A DNA stretch of 64,000 nt from Sumerlaeia bacterium (lineage in GTDB: Bacteria > Sumerlaeota > Sumerlaeia > SLMS01 > JAHLLQ01): the NCBI GenBank assembly GCA_040219255.1, contig JAVJSW010000039.1, positions 1 to 64,000 on the forward strand, read 5' to 3'. Shown here piece by piece: positions 28,697 to 36,942 of the stretch. Below the pieces are notes generated by a model that worked only from the letters and a program-made list of their open reading frames with translations, searched no databases and had not been told where the DNA came from. Position 1 is the stretch's first letter; every line of letters starts with the position of its first letter. The translations under genes were made by a program, and so were the position numbers.

Positions 28697-28729
28697 GCGG
28701 AAAGTTCCTTTCCCCGGCCCGCCCCCCTC

Positions 28730-31078
28730 ATGACCCCGCCCGACGAACTCGAATTCCCCGCCGAGTATTCCGACCCCTCCGCCACCATGTCGGAGGACGT
28801 GACGCGGTCGCTGCATTTCCAGCGCGGTTCCGTGCCGCCCAGGAAAGCTCCCGGGTCGATGGGCGCCCGCCCGGCGGCGGAGAGCCTGTCGCGCACCGTC
28901 TGGAAGGTCCTGAAACCGGGCGATTCGGCCCCTGGCGGCCCGGCCTCCTTGTCGAGCGGCCCCGGCTACGAAATGCTCCACAACGTCGGCAAGGGCGGCT
29001 ACGGCGAGGTTTGGGAAGCGCGCCAATTGTCCCTCGGCCGGCCCGTCGCCATCAAGCGACTGCGCCGCGACCTGAAGGCGGACCCGGAAACGAGCACCGG
29101 CAACCTGGCGGACGCTCTGGCCCAGTTCCGCGCCGAAGCGATCATCGCCGCCCTGGCCGAGCACCCCAACGTGGTCCCGGTCCACGACCTGGGCGAGGAC
29201 GAGTCCGGCGCCCCCATGATGGCCATGAAGCTGGTCCGCGGCCGCAGTTGGCACGTGGCGATTTTCGAGGACGGGCGCGACATGGACTGGCCCGATTTCC
29301 TCGCCCGTCACATGGCCGTTTTGCGCGATGTGTGTTACGCTGTCGGCTTCGCCCATTCCCGCGGCATCGTCCATCGCGACCTGAAAGCGGGGCAGGTCAT
29401 GCTCGGCGAATTCGGAGAAGTGCAATTGATGGACTGGGGGCTGGCCATCTGGTTCGGCGACGAAGCCGAAGGGCTGGAAGGTCCCGCCCTGGAAGAGGAC
29501 GTGCGCGAGCTGTGCCGCGAACTGCTGCCAACACCCTCCAGCGCCCAAAGCCCCGCCGGCACGCCCGCCGTGATGGCGCCGGAGCAAACCCGCTTCACGG
29601 CCGAAGGCGTCGGGCCCCACACCGACGTGTTCTTGCTCGGGGGCATCCTCTACTATATTCTCACGGGAACCTATCCGCATAACGGAAAAACGGTAAAGGA
29701 AACGTGGCGCATGGCGGTGCTGGGCGAGGTCGAGCGCCCGGAAGACCGCGCCCCCGGCCGCCCCATTCCGCCGGAACTGGCCGATCTTTGCATGGCCGCC
29801 ATGGCGAAATGCCCAGAGGAACGCCTGCCCGGCGCTCGTGAATTCGCCCGCCGGCTCGAGGCCTATCTCTCCGGCGCGACCCGCCGCCGCGAGTCCGCTC
29901 AATTGGCCCAGGAAGCGACCCTGGAGTTGGAACGCGGCAGCCAATCCTACGCCGAACTGTCGAAGATCGAGGACCTGATCGGGCGGGCGCGGCGGCTTTG
30001 GGCGGACAACCCGGCGCTCGAACCGCTGGCCCAGAAACTCAGCCTCCGGTTCGGTCATACAGCCTTGCTTTCCGGCGACTTGCGCCTGGCGCTGTACCAC
30101 GCCGAGAGCCTCGCCCCGACCGTTGAGCGCGACGAACTCCTCGCCGACATCACCGCCGAACAGCAGCGCCGCTCCAAGCAGGCCAAGGCCCGCCGGGTCC
30201 TGACCGGTGCGGTGGTGGCTCTGTCGCTCCTGGTGGCGGGGGGCGGGGTTTTCGCGGGGGTCTGGATGCGCCAAGGGCAGGCGGAACGGCTGCGTCTGCA
30301 AGACGAGCGCATCACGCTCCTGGAAGACAACGAAGCCCGCGACCGCCAGTTGCGTATCCTCTACGAAATCAGCGATCTGGCCCGGGGCGCGGACTCGCCC
30401 GAGCAGTTCCTGCGGGCGGCGGCGCGCGAAATGGCCTCGCCCTGGCGCAGCCGTGGCGGATCGGTGCGCATCGCGTGGGACGGCCGGGAGTACTTCTCCA
30501 CCGACTACCGGCCCGATCCCTCGCCCTTGCGGACGCCCATCGCGGGCCTTGGCGGAGGGGAGGGCATCCTGGAAGTGAGCGCGGAAGGTCTCACGGACGC
30601 GGACCGCGAGTTGGCCGAGGGGCTCGCCCGGGTCATCGGCGAGGGCCTGGAGCGGCGGGCATCCGTGCGCGCCATGGCGGCGATGGAGCAGGCCCAAGCC
30701 AACCGCACGGATTTCGAGGCGGTCCTGACGGACTTGACCCGCATGGGGGGCGAGGCGCAATCGCCGGCGCAGCTCGCCGAAGAAGCCCTCGCCGCCGTGC
30801 CGGGTCTGCTTCAGTACCCCACGGTCGCCGTCGCCCGGATAAGCCTCGATGGCCGGGTTTTCGAGGGCGTAGGCTGGACCGAACCCGCCCTGGCGAAAAG
30901 CTTCCCGCTGCGGCTCGGCGGCGTCGAAATCGGCTCGCTGGAAGTCGGCTATCGGGAGTTCCGGCCCATCGAAGCGAACGGTCCGTTCCTGGCTGAGGAA
31001 GTGGCCCGGCTTCAGGCTCTGGCGGATTTGACCGCCCTGGCCGCGGCGCGCTGGATCGATGCCCCGCAGGACGAATGA
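28730..31078 (+). CDS. Hanks-type Ser/Thr kinase with hydrophobic helix and two GAF-like C-terminal domains
   Basis: GKGGYGEV, VAIK, HRDLK, DWG, GTP..MAPEQ, TDVFLLG; hydrophobic VLTGAVVALSLLVAGGGVFAGVWM; LQYPTVAVARI..GPFLAEE. Confidence 0.85.
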   Translation: MTPPDELEFPAEYSDPSATMSEDVTRSLHFQRGSVPPRKAPGSMGARPAAESLSRTVWKVLKPGDSAPGGPASLSSGPGYEMLHNVGKGGYGEVWEARQLSLGRPVAIKRLRRDLKADPETSTGNLADALAQFRAEAIIAALAEHPNVVPVHDLGEDESGAPMMAMKLVRGRSWHVAIFEDGRDMDWPDFLARHMAVLRDVCYAVGFAHSRGIVHRDLKAGQVMLGEFGEVQLMDWGLAIWFGDEAEGLEGPALEEDVRELCRELLPTPSSAQSPAGTPAVMAPEQTRFTAEGVGPHTDVFLLGGILYYILTGTYPHNGKTVKETWRMAVLGEVERPEDRAPGRPIPPELADLCMAAMAKCPEERLPGAREFARRLEAYLSGATRRRESAQLAQEATLELERGSQSYAELSKIEDLIGRARRLWADNPALEPLAQKLSLRFGHTALLSGDLRLALYHAESLAPTVERDELLADITAEQQRRSKQAKARRVLTGAVVALSLLVAGGGVFAGVWMRQGQAERLRLQDERITLLEDNEARDRQLRILYEISDLARGADSPEQFLRAAAREMASPWRSRGGSVRIAWDGREYFSTDYRPDPSPLRTPIAGLGGGEGILEVSAEGLTDADRELAEGLARVIGEGLERRASVRAMAAMEQAQANRTDFEAVLTDLTRMGGEAQSPAQLAEEALAAVPGLLQYPTVAVARISLDGRVFEGVGWTEPALAKSFPLRLGGVEIGSLEVGYREFRPIEANGPFLAEEVARLQALADLTALAAARWIDAPQDE

Positions 31079-31084
31079 TCGCCC

Positions 31085-32161
31085 ATGCTGACCTCTGACT
31101 ACGATTACGATTTGCCCGAGGAGCTGATCGCTCCGCACCCCGCGCCGGAGCGCGACGCGTCGCGGCTGATGGTTGTGCCGCGCGAGGGCGAAGGCCTGGA
31201 CGGCGTGGCGCACCGCGTGTTTCGGGATATCGAGGGTTACCTGCGGCCGGGGGACCTGCTGGTGATGAACGACAGCCGGGTGATGCCGGCGCGGATTTTC
31301 GGCCAGCGCCTGCCTGGTCGAGGGGCGTGCGAGGCGCTGCTGCTGGAGCCCCTGCCGCCCGGCGAGGGCGGCGGCGCGCGGTGGCTGGCGATGATGCGGC
31401 CGGGGCGCAAGCTGAAGCCCGGCACTGAAATCGAGTTCGCCCCGGGCTTCACCGCCACCGTGCAAGACATCGCCCCCGGCGGCGAGCGCGTCCTGGCCTT
31501 TGCGCCGGAGGTGGACGTGCAGGCTCAATTGGAAGCCATCGGGCACATGCCGCTGCCGCCGTACATCCTGGCGCGGCGGGCGGATCACGCCGACGTGCCG
31601 GAGGACCGCGAACGGTACCAGACGGTGTACGCGAAGGACGTGGGGTCGGTGGCGGCGCCGACGGCCGGGCTGCATTTCACCGAGGCCCTGCTGGGGCGCC
31701 TTGCCGCCAAGGGGGTCGAGCAGGCGCGGGTGACGCTGCATGTGGGGGCCGGGACGTTCCAGGGCATCGCCACGGACAGCGTGGAAGACCACGCCATGCA
31801 CAGCGAGCACTATCACGTCGGCGAGGAAACCGCCGCCGCCGTCAACCGCGCCAAAGCGGAAGGGCGCCGCGTCATCGCCGTCGGCACCACCAGCGTCCGC
31901 ACGCTGGAAAGCGCGGTGGGCGAGGACGGGCTGCTGCGGGCGGAGCGGCGCGCGACGAAGCTGATGATCGTGCCGGGCTACCGGTTTCGGATCGTGGATG
32001 GGTTGATTACCAATTTCCACCTGCCGCGTTCGACGCTGCTCTGCCTGGTGTCGGCGTTGATCGGGCGGGAACGGTTGCTGGCGCTGTACGAGGAGGCGAT
32101 CCGCGAACGGTATCGGTTCTATTCGTACGGGGACGCGATGGCGATTCTGCCGGACCGTTGA
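31085..32161 (+). CDS. queA: S-adenosylmethionine:tRNA ribosyltransferase-isomerase
   Basis: YDYDLPEELIA, GHMPLPPYI, YQTVYA, GSVAAPTAGLHFT, LHVGAGTF, TNFHLPRSTL, YRFYSYGDAM. Confidence 0.97.
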   Translation: MLTSDYDYDLPEELIAPHPAPERDASRLMVVPREGEGLDGVAHRVFRDIEGYLRPGDLLVMNDSRVMPARIFGQRLPGRGACEALLLEPLPPGEGGGARWLAMMRPGRKLKPGTEIEFAPGFTATVQDIAPGGERVLAFAPEVDVQAQLEAIGHMPLPPYILARRADHADVPEDRERYQTVYAKDVGSVAAPTAGLHFTEALLGRLAAKGVEQARVTLHVGAGTFQGIATDSVEDHAMHSEHYHVGEETAAAVNRAKAEGRRVIAVGTTSVRTLESAVGEDGLLRAERRATKLMIVPGYRFRIVDGLITNFHLPRSTLLCLVSALIGRERLLALYEEAIRERYRFYSYGDAMAILPDR

Positions 32162-32326
32162 TGTTCTTAACGCAGAGCAGCAGAGGGGCAAAGGAGCAAA
32201 GGGTGCGGCGTGGGGGTTCAACGGGTTCTTTGGGGGGAGGCTGGGGCGTTGCCCGCGCCATGGGGCAGAGGACGCTGAGGCTTCAGGGGAGACTTGCGGT
32301 TCATGGGCGGGCGGTTCCTTCCGGGT

Positions 32327-32434
32327 CACGCGTGATGGTGGAAGGGTTACACAGGCCGGTCGGTTTGTCCCCTCATGTGGAGCTTCGAAGACAAGATAGA
32401 CAAGATACACTTGTGGAACTAAAGGGACTAAAGG
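32327..32434. repeat. Dispersed non-coding element, copy A
   Basis: CACGCGTGA..., 21 bp core TCGGTTTGTCCCCTCATGTGG identical to 53726-53746, then five 9-mers. Confidence 0.85.
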
Positions 32435-32654
32435 CGCTTAGGGGCGGGTAAGTCGAGGGAGGTGAGGGGGTTGGGGGCGACGGAGGGCGGGCGGGGGAAG
32501 GGAATTCACCGCAGAGGCGCAGGGGACGCGGAGGATGGGGGCAGAGGAGTTTGGAACCGCTGATGGACGCGGAGAGGGACGCGGATTGGGGGTGGGGATG
32601 GCTTCCTTAACATTGAGGCGCAAAGGGGTGATGAGGGGTGGCTGGCGGCCTTTT

Positions 32655-32674
32655 CCGCCTGAAGGCGTAACTAC
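32655..32674 (-). repeat. GTAG-type REP-like palindrome
   Basis: Minus strand GTAGTTACGCCTTCAGGCGG (GTAG tetranucleotide followed by a hairpin). Confidence 0.5.
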
Positions 32675-32756
32675 GAGCGGCGCCACCCGGGGTTGACTCG
32701 CCGCTCTCCGGGGGATGACAGTGCCGCCATCACCGCCCGGAAAGGCCCCCTCTCCG

Positions 32757-33749
32757 ATGTCCGATTTTCCCGCTGAGCCGCTGCTGCTCGATCCCGCGTT
32801 TTCGCCCCGTCCTTGGGGCGGAACCAAGCTGAAGGAGAAGTTTGGCAAGACGCCGCCCGCTGGCCTGGGGCCGATCGGGGAGAGTTGGGAGTTGTCGGAT
32901 CATCCGAACGGGCGGTCGCGGGTGCTGGGGGGGGCGTTCGCGGGGCGCGAGTTTGGTGAGGTGCTGCGGGCGTTTCCCCGGGAAATGATCGGCCGCGAGG
33001 CGGCGCCGGAGCGCTATCCGTTGCTGGTGAAGCTGATCGATGCGGCGGAGGATCTGTCGATCCAGGTGCATCCACAGGACGCCACCGCCCCCGCGGGCGA
33101 GCGCGGCAAGACGGAGTGTTGGTATGTGATGGATTGCGAGCCGGGGACGGAAGTCGTTTTCGGGCTGGAGATGGAGGTGGCGCCGGAGGACGTGCTGCGG
33201 GGGGCGGAGGATGGTTCGCTGGCGGAGCATGTGCGGCGTTTCCGAATTCAACCGGGCTCGTTCCTCTTTGTCCGCGCGGGCACGGTGCATGGCATTCTGG
33301 GCGGCACGGTGATTTGCGAGGTTCAGCAGTCGAGCGACACGACGTATCGCCTGTGGGATTGGAACCGCGAGCCGAAGCGGGAGCTGCATGTGGAGGAGGC
33401 GCTGAAGGTGGTGGACTGGAACGCGTGCGGTTCGCTGCCGACGAGGGCTCCGGAGCTGGGAACGGCGGCGGGCGAGGGGATCGTGATGGCCGATTGCGAG
33501 TTTTTCCGCGTGCGGGTACTCGACGTGCCGGCGGGGGGCGAGGCCGAATTGCCCGCCGATGTGGTGGACAGCGGATTGATTCTGTTTGGGTTGCAGGGCG
33601 CCACGGAGCTGCGCTGGGCCGAGGGCCGGGCGGAGTTATTGCGCGGCGCGACGGCGTTCGTGCCGGCGGTCTGCGGGCGGGGCGTGCGCCTGGGCAATGG
33701 GCAGGGCGAGGCGGTGCGGGTGCTGTTGGCGGAAAGCCGTGAGCTTTAA
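32757..33749 (+). CDS. manA: Type I mannose-6-phosphate isomerase
   Basis: PWGGTKL, IGESWELS.HP, PLLVKLIDA..LSIQVHP, GKTECWY, GTVH, EVQQSSDTTYR.WD; start 32757 or 32715. Confidence 0.92.
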   Translation: MSDFPAEPLLLDPAFSPRPWGGTKLKEKFGKTPPAGLGPIGESWELSDHPNGRSRVLGGAFAGREFGEVLRAFPREMIGREAAPERYPLLVKLIDAAEDLSIQVHPQDATAPAGERGKTECWYVMDCEPGTEVVFGLEMEVAPEDVLRGAEDGSLAEHVRRFRIQPGSFLFVRAGTVHGILGGTVICEVQQSSDTTYRLWDWNREPKRELHVEEALKVVDWNACGSLPTRAPELGTAAGEGIVMADCEFFRVRVLDVPAGGEAELPADVVDSGLILFGLQGATELRWAEGRAELLRGATAFVPAVCGRGVRLGNGQGEAVRVLLAESREL

Positions 33750-33830
33750 GTCCGACTCGGCCATTGCGGACTTGCACCCGGGCGCGCGAGCATTGATTCA
33801 TAACAGGACTTTCGCCCCGAGTACCCTCCG

Positions 33831-35690
33831 ATGCCCGACGTTCAAGCGCTTAAAACCGCCGGACCCTACGAACTTGCCGAATGCCTCGGTTTCAATGGCG
33901 TCGTGGCGACCTACAAAGGCACCCACAGAGACGTGGGCCAGCCCGCCTGCGTCGTGGTCATGGCGGAGGACAGTCTGTCCTACAAGGATCTGTGGGGCCG
34001 ATTCGAGCACGAGTTCTCGGCTTTTCTTTCGGGCCGGGCGACGCGCCTTTGCCGCCCGACGCATCACGGCCACGACAAGGGTCTCTATTGGGCGACTTAC
34101 GAGTGGATGAAGGGTCATCACTTGGGGCTCGACGTGCGGGACTACGGCTTGCCGTCGCCGGGGCGGGCCTTCGAGGTGGGTTCCCAGGTGCTCGAAGCCC
34201 TGGGCGTGATGCACGAGAAGGGCATCCCCCATCGCTACCTGACGCCGGTGTCGATTTTCCTGAACGATCTTGGCCAGGTAAAGTTGCTGCACGCGGCGTG
34301 GGGCGGCCTTCTGCTTGGGGTTCACGACGGTCCGGCGAATCCGGCCTTTATCAGTTCGCTGCCGTTCCTCTCGCCCGAGGTGGCCTTTGGCGGGGATGGC
34401 GAGTTGAGTTCGGACATCTATTCTCTGGGGGCGATTCTCTATTTTCTGCTGACGGGGGCGCCGGTTCATTGGTCCAGCGACCCGAACGATCTGCTGCAAA
34501 TCATGCAAACGACGCCGGTGGATCTGGGTCCCCTGAATGACGTGCTGCCGCCCGATGGAGTCTTGTTGCTGGAGGACTTGCTGCAGCCCGATCCGGCGGA
34601 CCGGCCGCTGAACCTGGAGGCGCTGTCGGAGCGCATGACTTTCCTGGCCAATCTGCTCTTCGAGCGGGAAACGCACAGCCGCGCCGACGTCGCCATCGGC
34701 CAGGAAGAAATCGGCAAGTCGAGCCGAGGGTTCGCGGACCTCGGCGACCCGGGCTTTCCCGACTTTGGCGATGATGAGCCGACGGTGATCCAGAGTCAGC
34801 AGCAGGAGCCGCCCTCGCCAGCGCGAGCGCCCAAGGCCGCGACGGCCCCACCGGTGCCTCCCGCCGCCCCGGTACCAACCGCGCCCCCGCAGCAACCGGC
34901 CCCGGCCTGGAACGGTCCGCCCCCGACGCCCGCCGCACAGCCGACGCCGGCGGCGGCTCCCGCTCCCCAAGGGCCGGTTCCACAGCAAGCGCCAGCCGCG
35001 CCGCCAGCCCCTCCGCGCCCACAGGCCGCCACCGCGTCGCCGAACGCCAGGGGGGGCAAACCGGCCAAGGCGAAAGGCAAGTTCGACAAGGGCCGCCTGG
35101 CGATCCTGATCGGTGGCGCCGTCTTTGTGTTGCTGCTTTTGCTTGGCGGACTGGTGGGCCTGATGGCGCTCTTCAGCGGCGGCGCCTCCGAGGAAACGGA
35201 TACGGCGGGCACATCTTCAGGCACCGCCTCGGGGCAGACGGCTGGGGGACGAACGGCTGGCGGGCAGGCGGCGGCCGGGGACAATCCGCTTCTGGACCCG
35301 ACGGTGGACAAAGCGGAGCTGGAGCATCTGCGCCGTTATGTGGAGTCGGTGGAGCTGATGGAGCGGCTGAGCGAGTACAGCTTCCAGTATGCCCAGAAGT
35401 ACGGGGTGTGGGCTGCCACTCCGGACGAGTTGAAGGATTTGGGGGCGGAAAAGGTGGAGGACGGCTGGGGCACGCGGCTCGACTTGCGCGACGATTTCGT
35501 CGTTTCCGCCGGCCCGGACCGGCGATGGGACACGAAGGACGATCTGTGGTTCGATGGCACGGCGCTGATGGTCGATGGCTGGCGCCCGCCTCAACTCCCG
35601 AGCGTGGTTCCGGAAGTGGCCGAACTGGAAGCACGCCTCGATCGGCAGCTCGAGCGCCTGCGCGAGAAGCGCCGGGCCCTCAACAACTGA
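33831..35690 (+). CDS. Kinase-like (probable pseudokinase) domain, Pro-rich linker, TM and GspG-like C-terminus
   Basis: Kinase C-lobe motifs FLSPE, SDIYSLG, PADRP are present, but HRYLTP replaces HRD and HAA replaces DFG; C-terminal DGWGT..VVSAGPDRRWDTKDDL. Confidence 0.8.
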   Translation: MPDVQALKTAGPYELAECLGFNGVVATYKGTHRDVGQPACVVVMAEDSLSYKDLWGRFEHEFSAFLSGRATRLCRPTHHGHDKGLYWATYEWMKGHHLGLDVRDYGLPSPGRAFEVGSQVLEALGVMHEKGIPHRYLTPVSIFLNDLGQVKLLHAAWGGLLLGVHDGPANPAFISSLPFLSPEVAFGGDGELSSDIYSLGAILYFLLTGAPVHWSSDPNDLLQIMQTTPVDLGPLNDVLPPDGVLLLEDLLQPDPADRPLNLEALSERMTFLANLLFERETHSRADVAIGQEEIGKSSRGFADLGDPGFPDFGDDEPTVIQSQQQEPPSPARAPKAATAPPVPPAAPVPTAPPQQPAPAWNGPPPTPAAQPTPAAAPAPQGPVPQQAPAAPPAPPRPQAATASPNARGGKPAKAKGKFDKGRLAILIGGAVFVLLLLLGGLVGLMALFSGGASEETDTAGTSSGTASGQTAGGRTAGGQAAAGDNPLLDPTVDKAELEHLRRYVESVELMERLSEYSFQYAQKYGVWAATPDELKDLGAEKVEDGWGTRLDLRDDFVVSAGPDRRWDTKDDLWFDGTALMVDGWRPPQLPSVVPEVAELEARLDRQLERLREKRRALNN

Positions 35691-35699
35691 CCGCCTCCG

Positions 35700-36731
35700 T
35701 TACGTCTTGACCGACGGTTGGCCCGCGCCGCGGTTCATGCGGTCCCGTATCGCCAGGGCGATGACTTCGCCGTGGAGCCGCGAGTTCTCGATGAAGACGT
35801 GGCCGCTGATGTTGCCCGCCAGAATGGTCCCCGCGATGTAGAGGCCCGGCACGTTGCTCTCCAGCGTTTCCGGGTCGTGTTCGGGCACATGGGTTATGGG
35901 ATCGAGTTTGATCCCGAGGCTTTGCAGAAAGGCCGCGGGGGGATTGTAGCCGGTCTCGCAGATCACGAAATCGTTGGGCACAACGAGGCTGTCGCCGGTG
36001 GCGTTCTCGCGCAGCGTCACCGCGTCCCAGGCGATTTTCTCCACCACCGTATCCATGTAGGCGCGGATCTCGCCCTTCTTGACGCGATTGTCGATGTCGG
36101 GCTTGAGCCAGTATTTCACGCCGGGGGCGCTGAATTCCGGCCGGCGGTACGATATCGACACTTCCACCCCGGCGCGCCACAGGGCGAGGCAGTTCTCGAT
36201 CGCCGAGTTCCGGCCTCCGACCACCAGCACCTTCGACCCGACGTAGTCGTGAGGTTCCTTGAAGTGGTACACCACCTTGCTCAGGTGCTCGCCGGGGACG
36301 CCGAGGTAACGCGGGTTGTCATAGGCGCCGACCGCCACCGTGACGGTACGGGAGGAAAAGACCGCCTCCTCGCCGGAGCGCTTCCTGGCATGAACGGTGA
36401 AGGTGCCATCCTCGTGGCGCTCAAGGCTTGTGGCTTCCGTGTAGGTGCGCACGTCGAGGCCGCGATCCTTGGCGAAGCGAGCCAGATAGAAACAGTACTC
36501 CTGGCGGGTGGGACGTTCGTTCACGGTGTTGAGGGGGTAGCTGTTGATCTCGACGTTTTCGCGGGTCGAGTGGAAGCTCATGAAGGTGGGGTACTGGGCG
36601 ATGTGGGAGGCGATGGGGCCTTTCTCGAGGACGAGAACGCGCAGGCCGACGGATTGGAGGTGATCAGCGACGGAAAGGCCGGCCGGGCCGGCGCCGAGGA
36701 TGATGCCATCGTAGAGGGAGGAAAGGGTCAT
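35700..36731 (-). CDS. ypdA: YpdA-family FAD/NADPH disulfide reductase (putative bacillithiol reductase)
   Basis: GAGPAG, YPTFM.F.ST, PTRQE, GAYDNP, VGGRNSA, VKYWLKPDIDNR, FIENSRLH; no CxxC. Confidence 0.82.
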   Translation of the reverse strand: MTLSSLYDGIILGAGPAGLSVADHLQSVGLRVLVLEKGPIASHIAQYPTFMSFHSTRENVEINSYPLNTVNERPTRQEYCFYLARFAKDRGLDVRTYTEATSLERHEDGTFTVHARKRSGEEAVFSSRTVTVAVGAYDNPRYLGVPGEHLSKVVYHFKEPHDYVGSKVLVVGGRNSAIENCLALWRAGVEVSISYRRPEFSAPGVKYWLKPDIDNRVKKGEIRAYMDTVVEKIAWDAVTLRENATGDSLVVPNDFVICETGYNPPAAFLQSLGIKLDPITHVPEHDPETLESNVPGLYIAGTILAGNISGHVFIENSRLHGEVIALAIRDRMNRGAGQPSVKT

Positions 36732-36942
36732 AATGTGGCGCCGGACACGGGAAAGTGGGCTCGCCGCGGGCCGGGAAGGGAAAGTTGCTGGGATTGTGCC
36801 GCGAAACCCGCATGGCGGCGGCAAATTTGGTGGGAGCAAACTCCTTGCCGCGCCGCTCTTCTTTGACATAGTGGGAGGCGATGTCTGGCGCAACGCGGAA
36901 TACGCCGCCGCGCCGATCCACCCCACCTATGGACGAGCACGC

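Noticed and set aside
27632-32410. 1592 aa minus-strand ORF (likewise 47113-50187 +, 59014-61107 +, 16040-17941 +, 52381-53811 -)
   Set aside because: Antisense shadows of well-supported genes; high GC suppresses stop codons; no motifs.
32327-32434. CRISPR or other guide-array interpretation of the 9-mer tracts
   Set aside because: No repeat-spacer alternation, the units are too short, and there are no cas or other effector genes in the window.
34800-35070. Pro/Ala-rich stretch as a repeat element
   Set aside because: Ordinary flexible linker of the pseudokinase.
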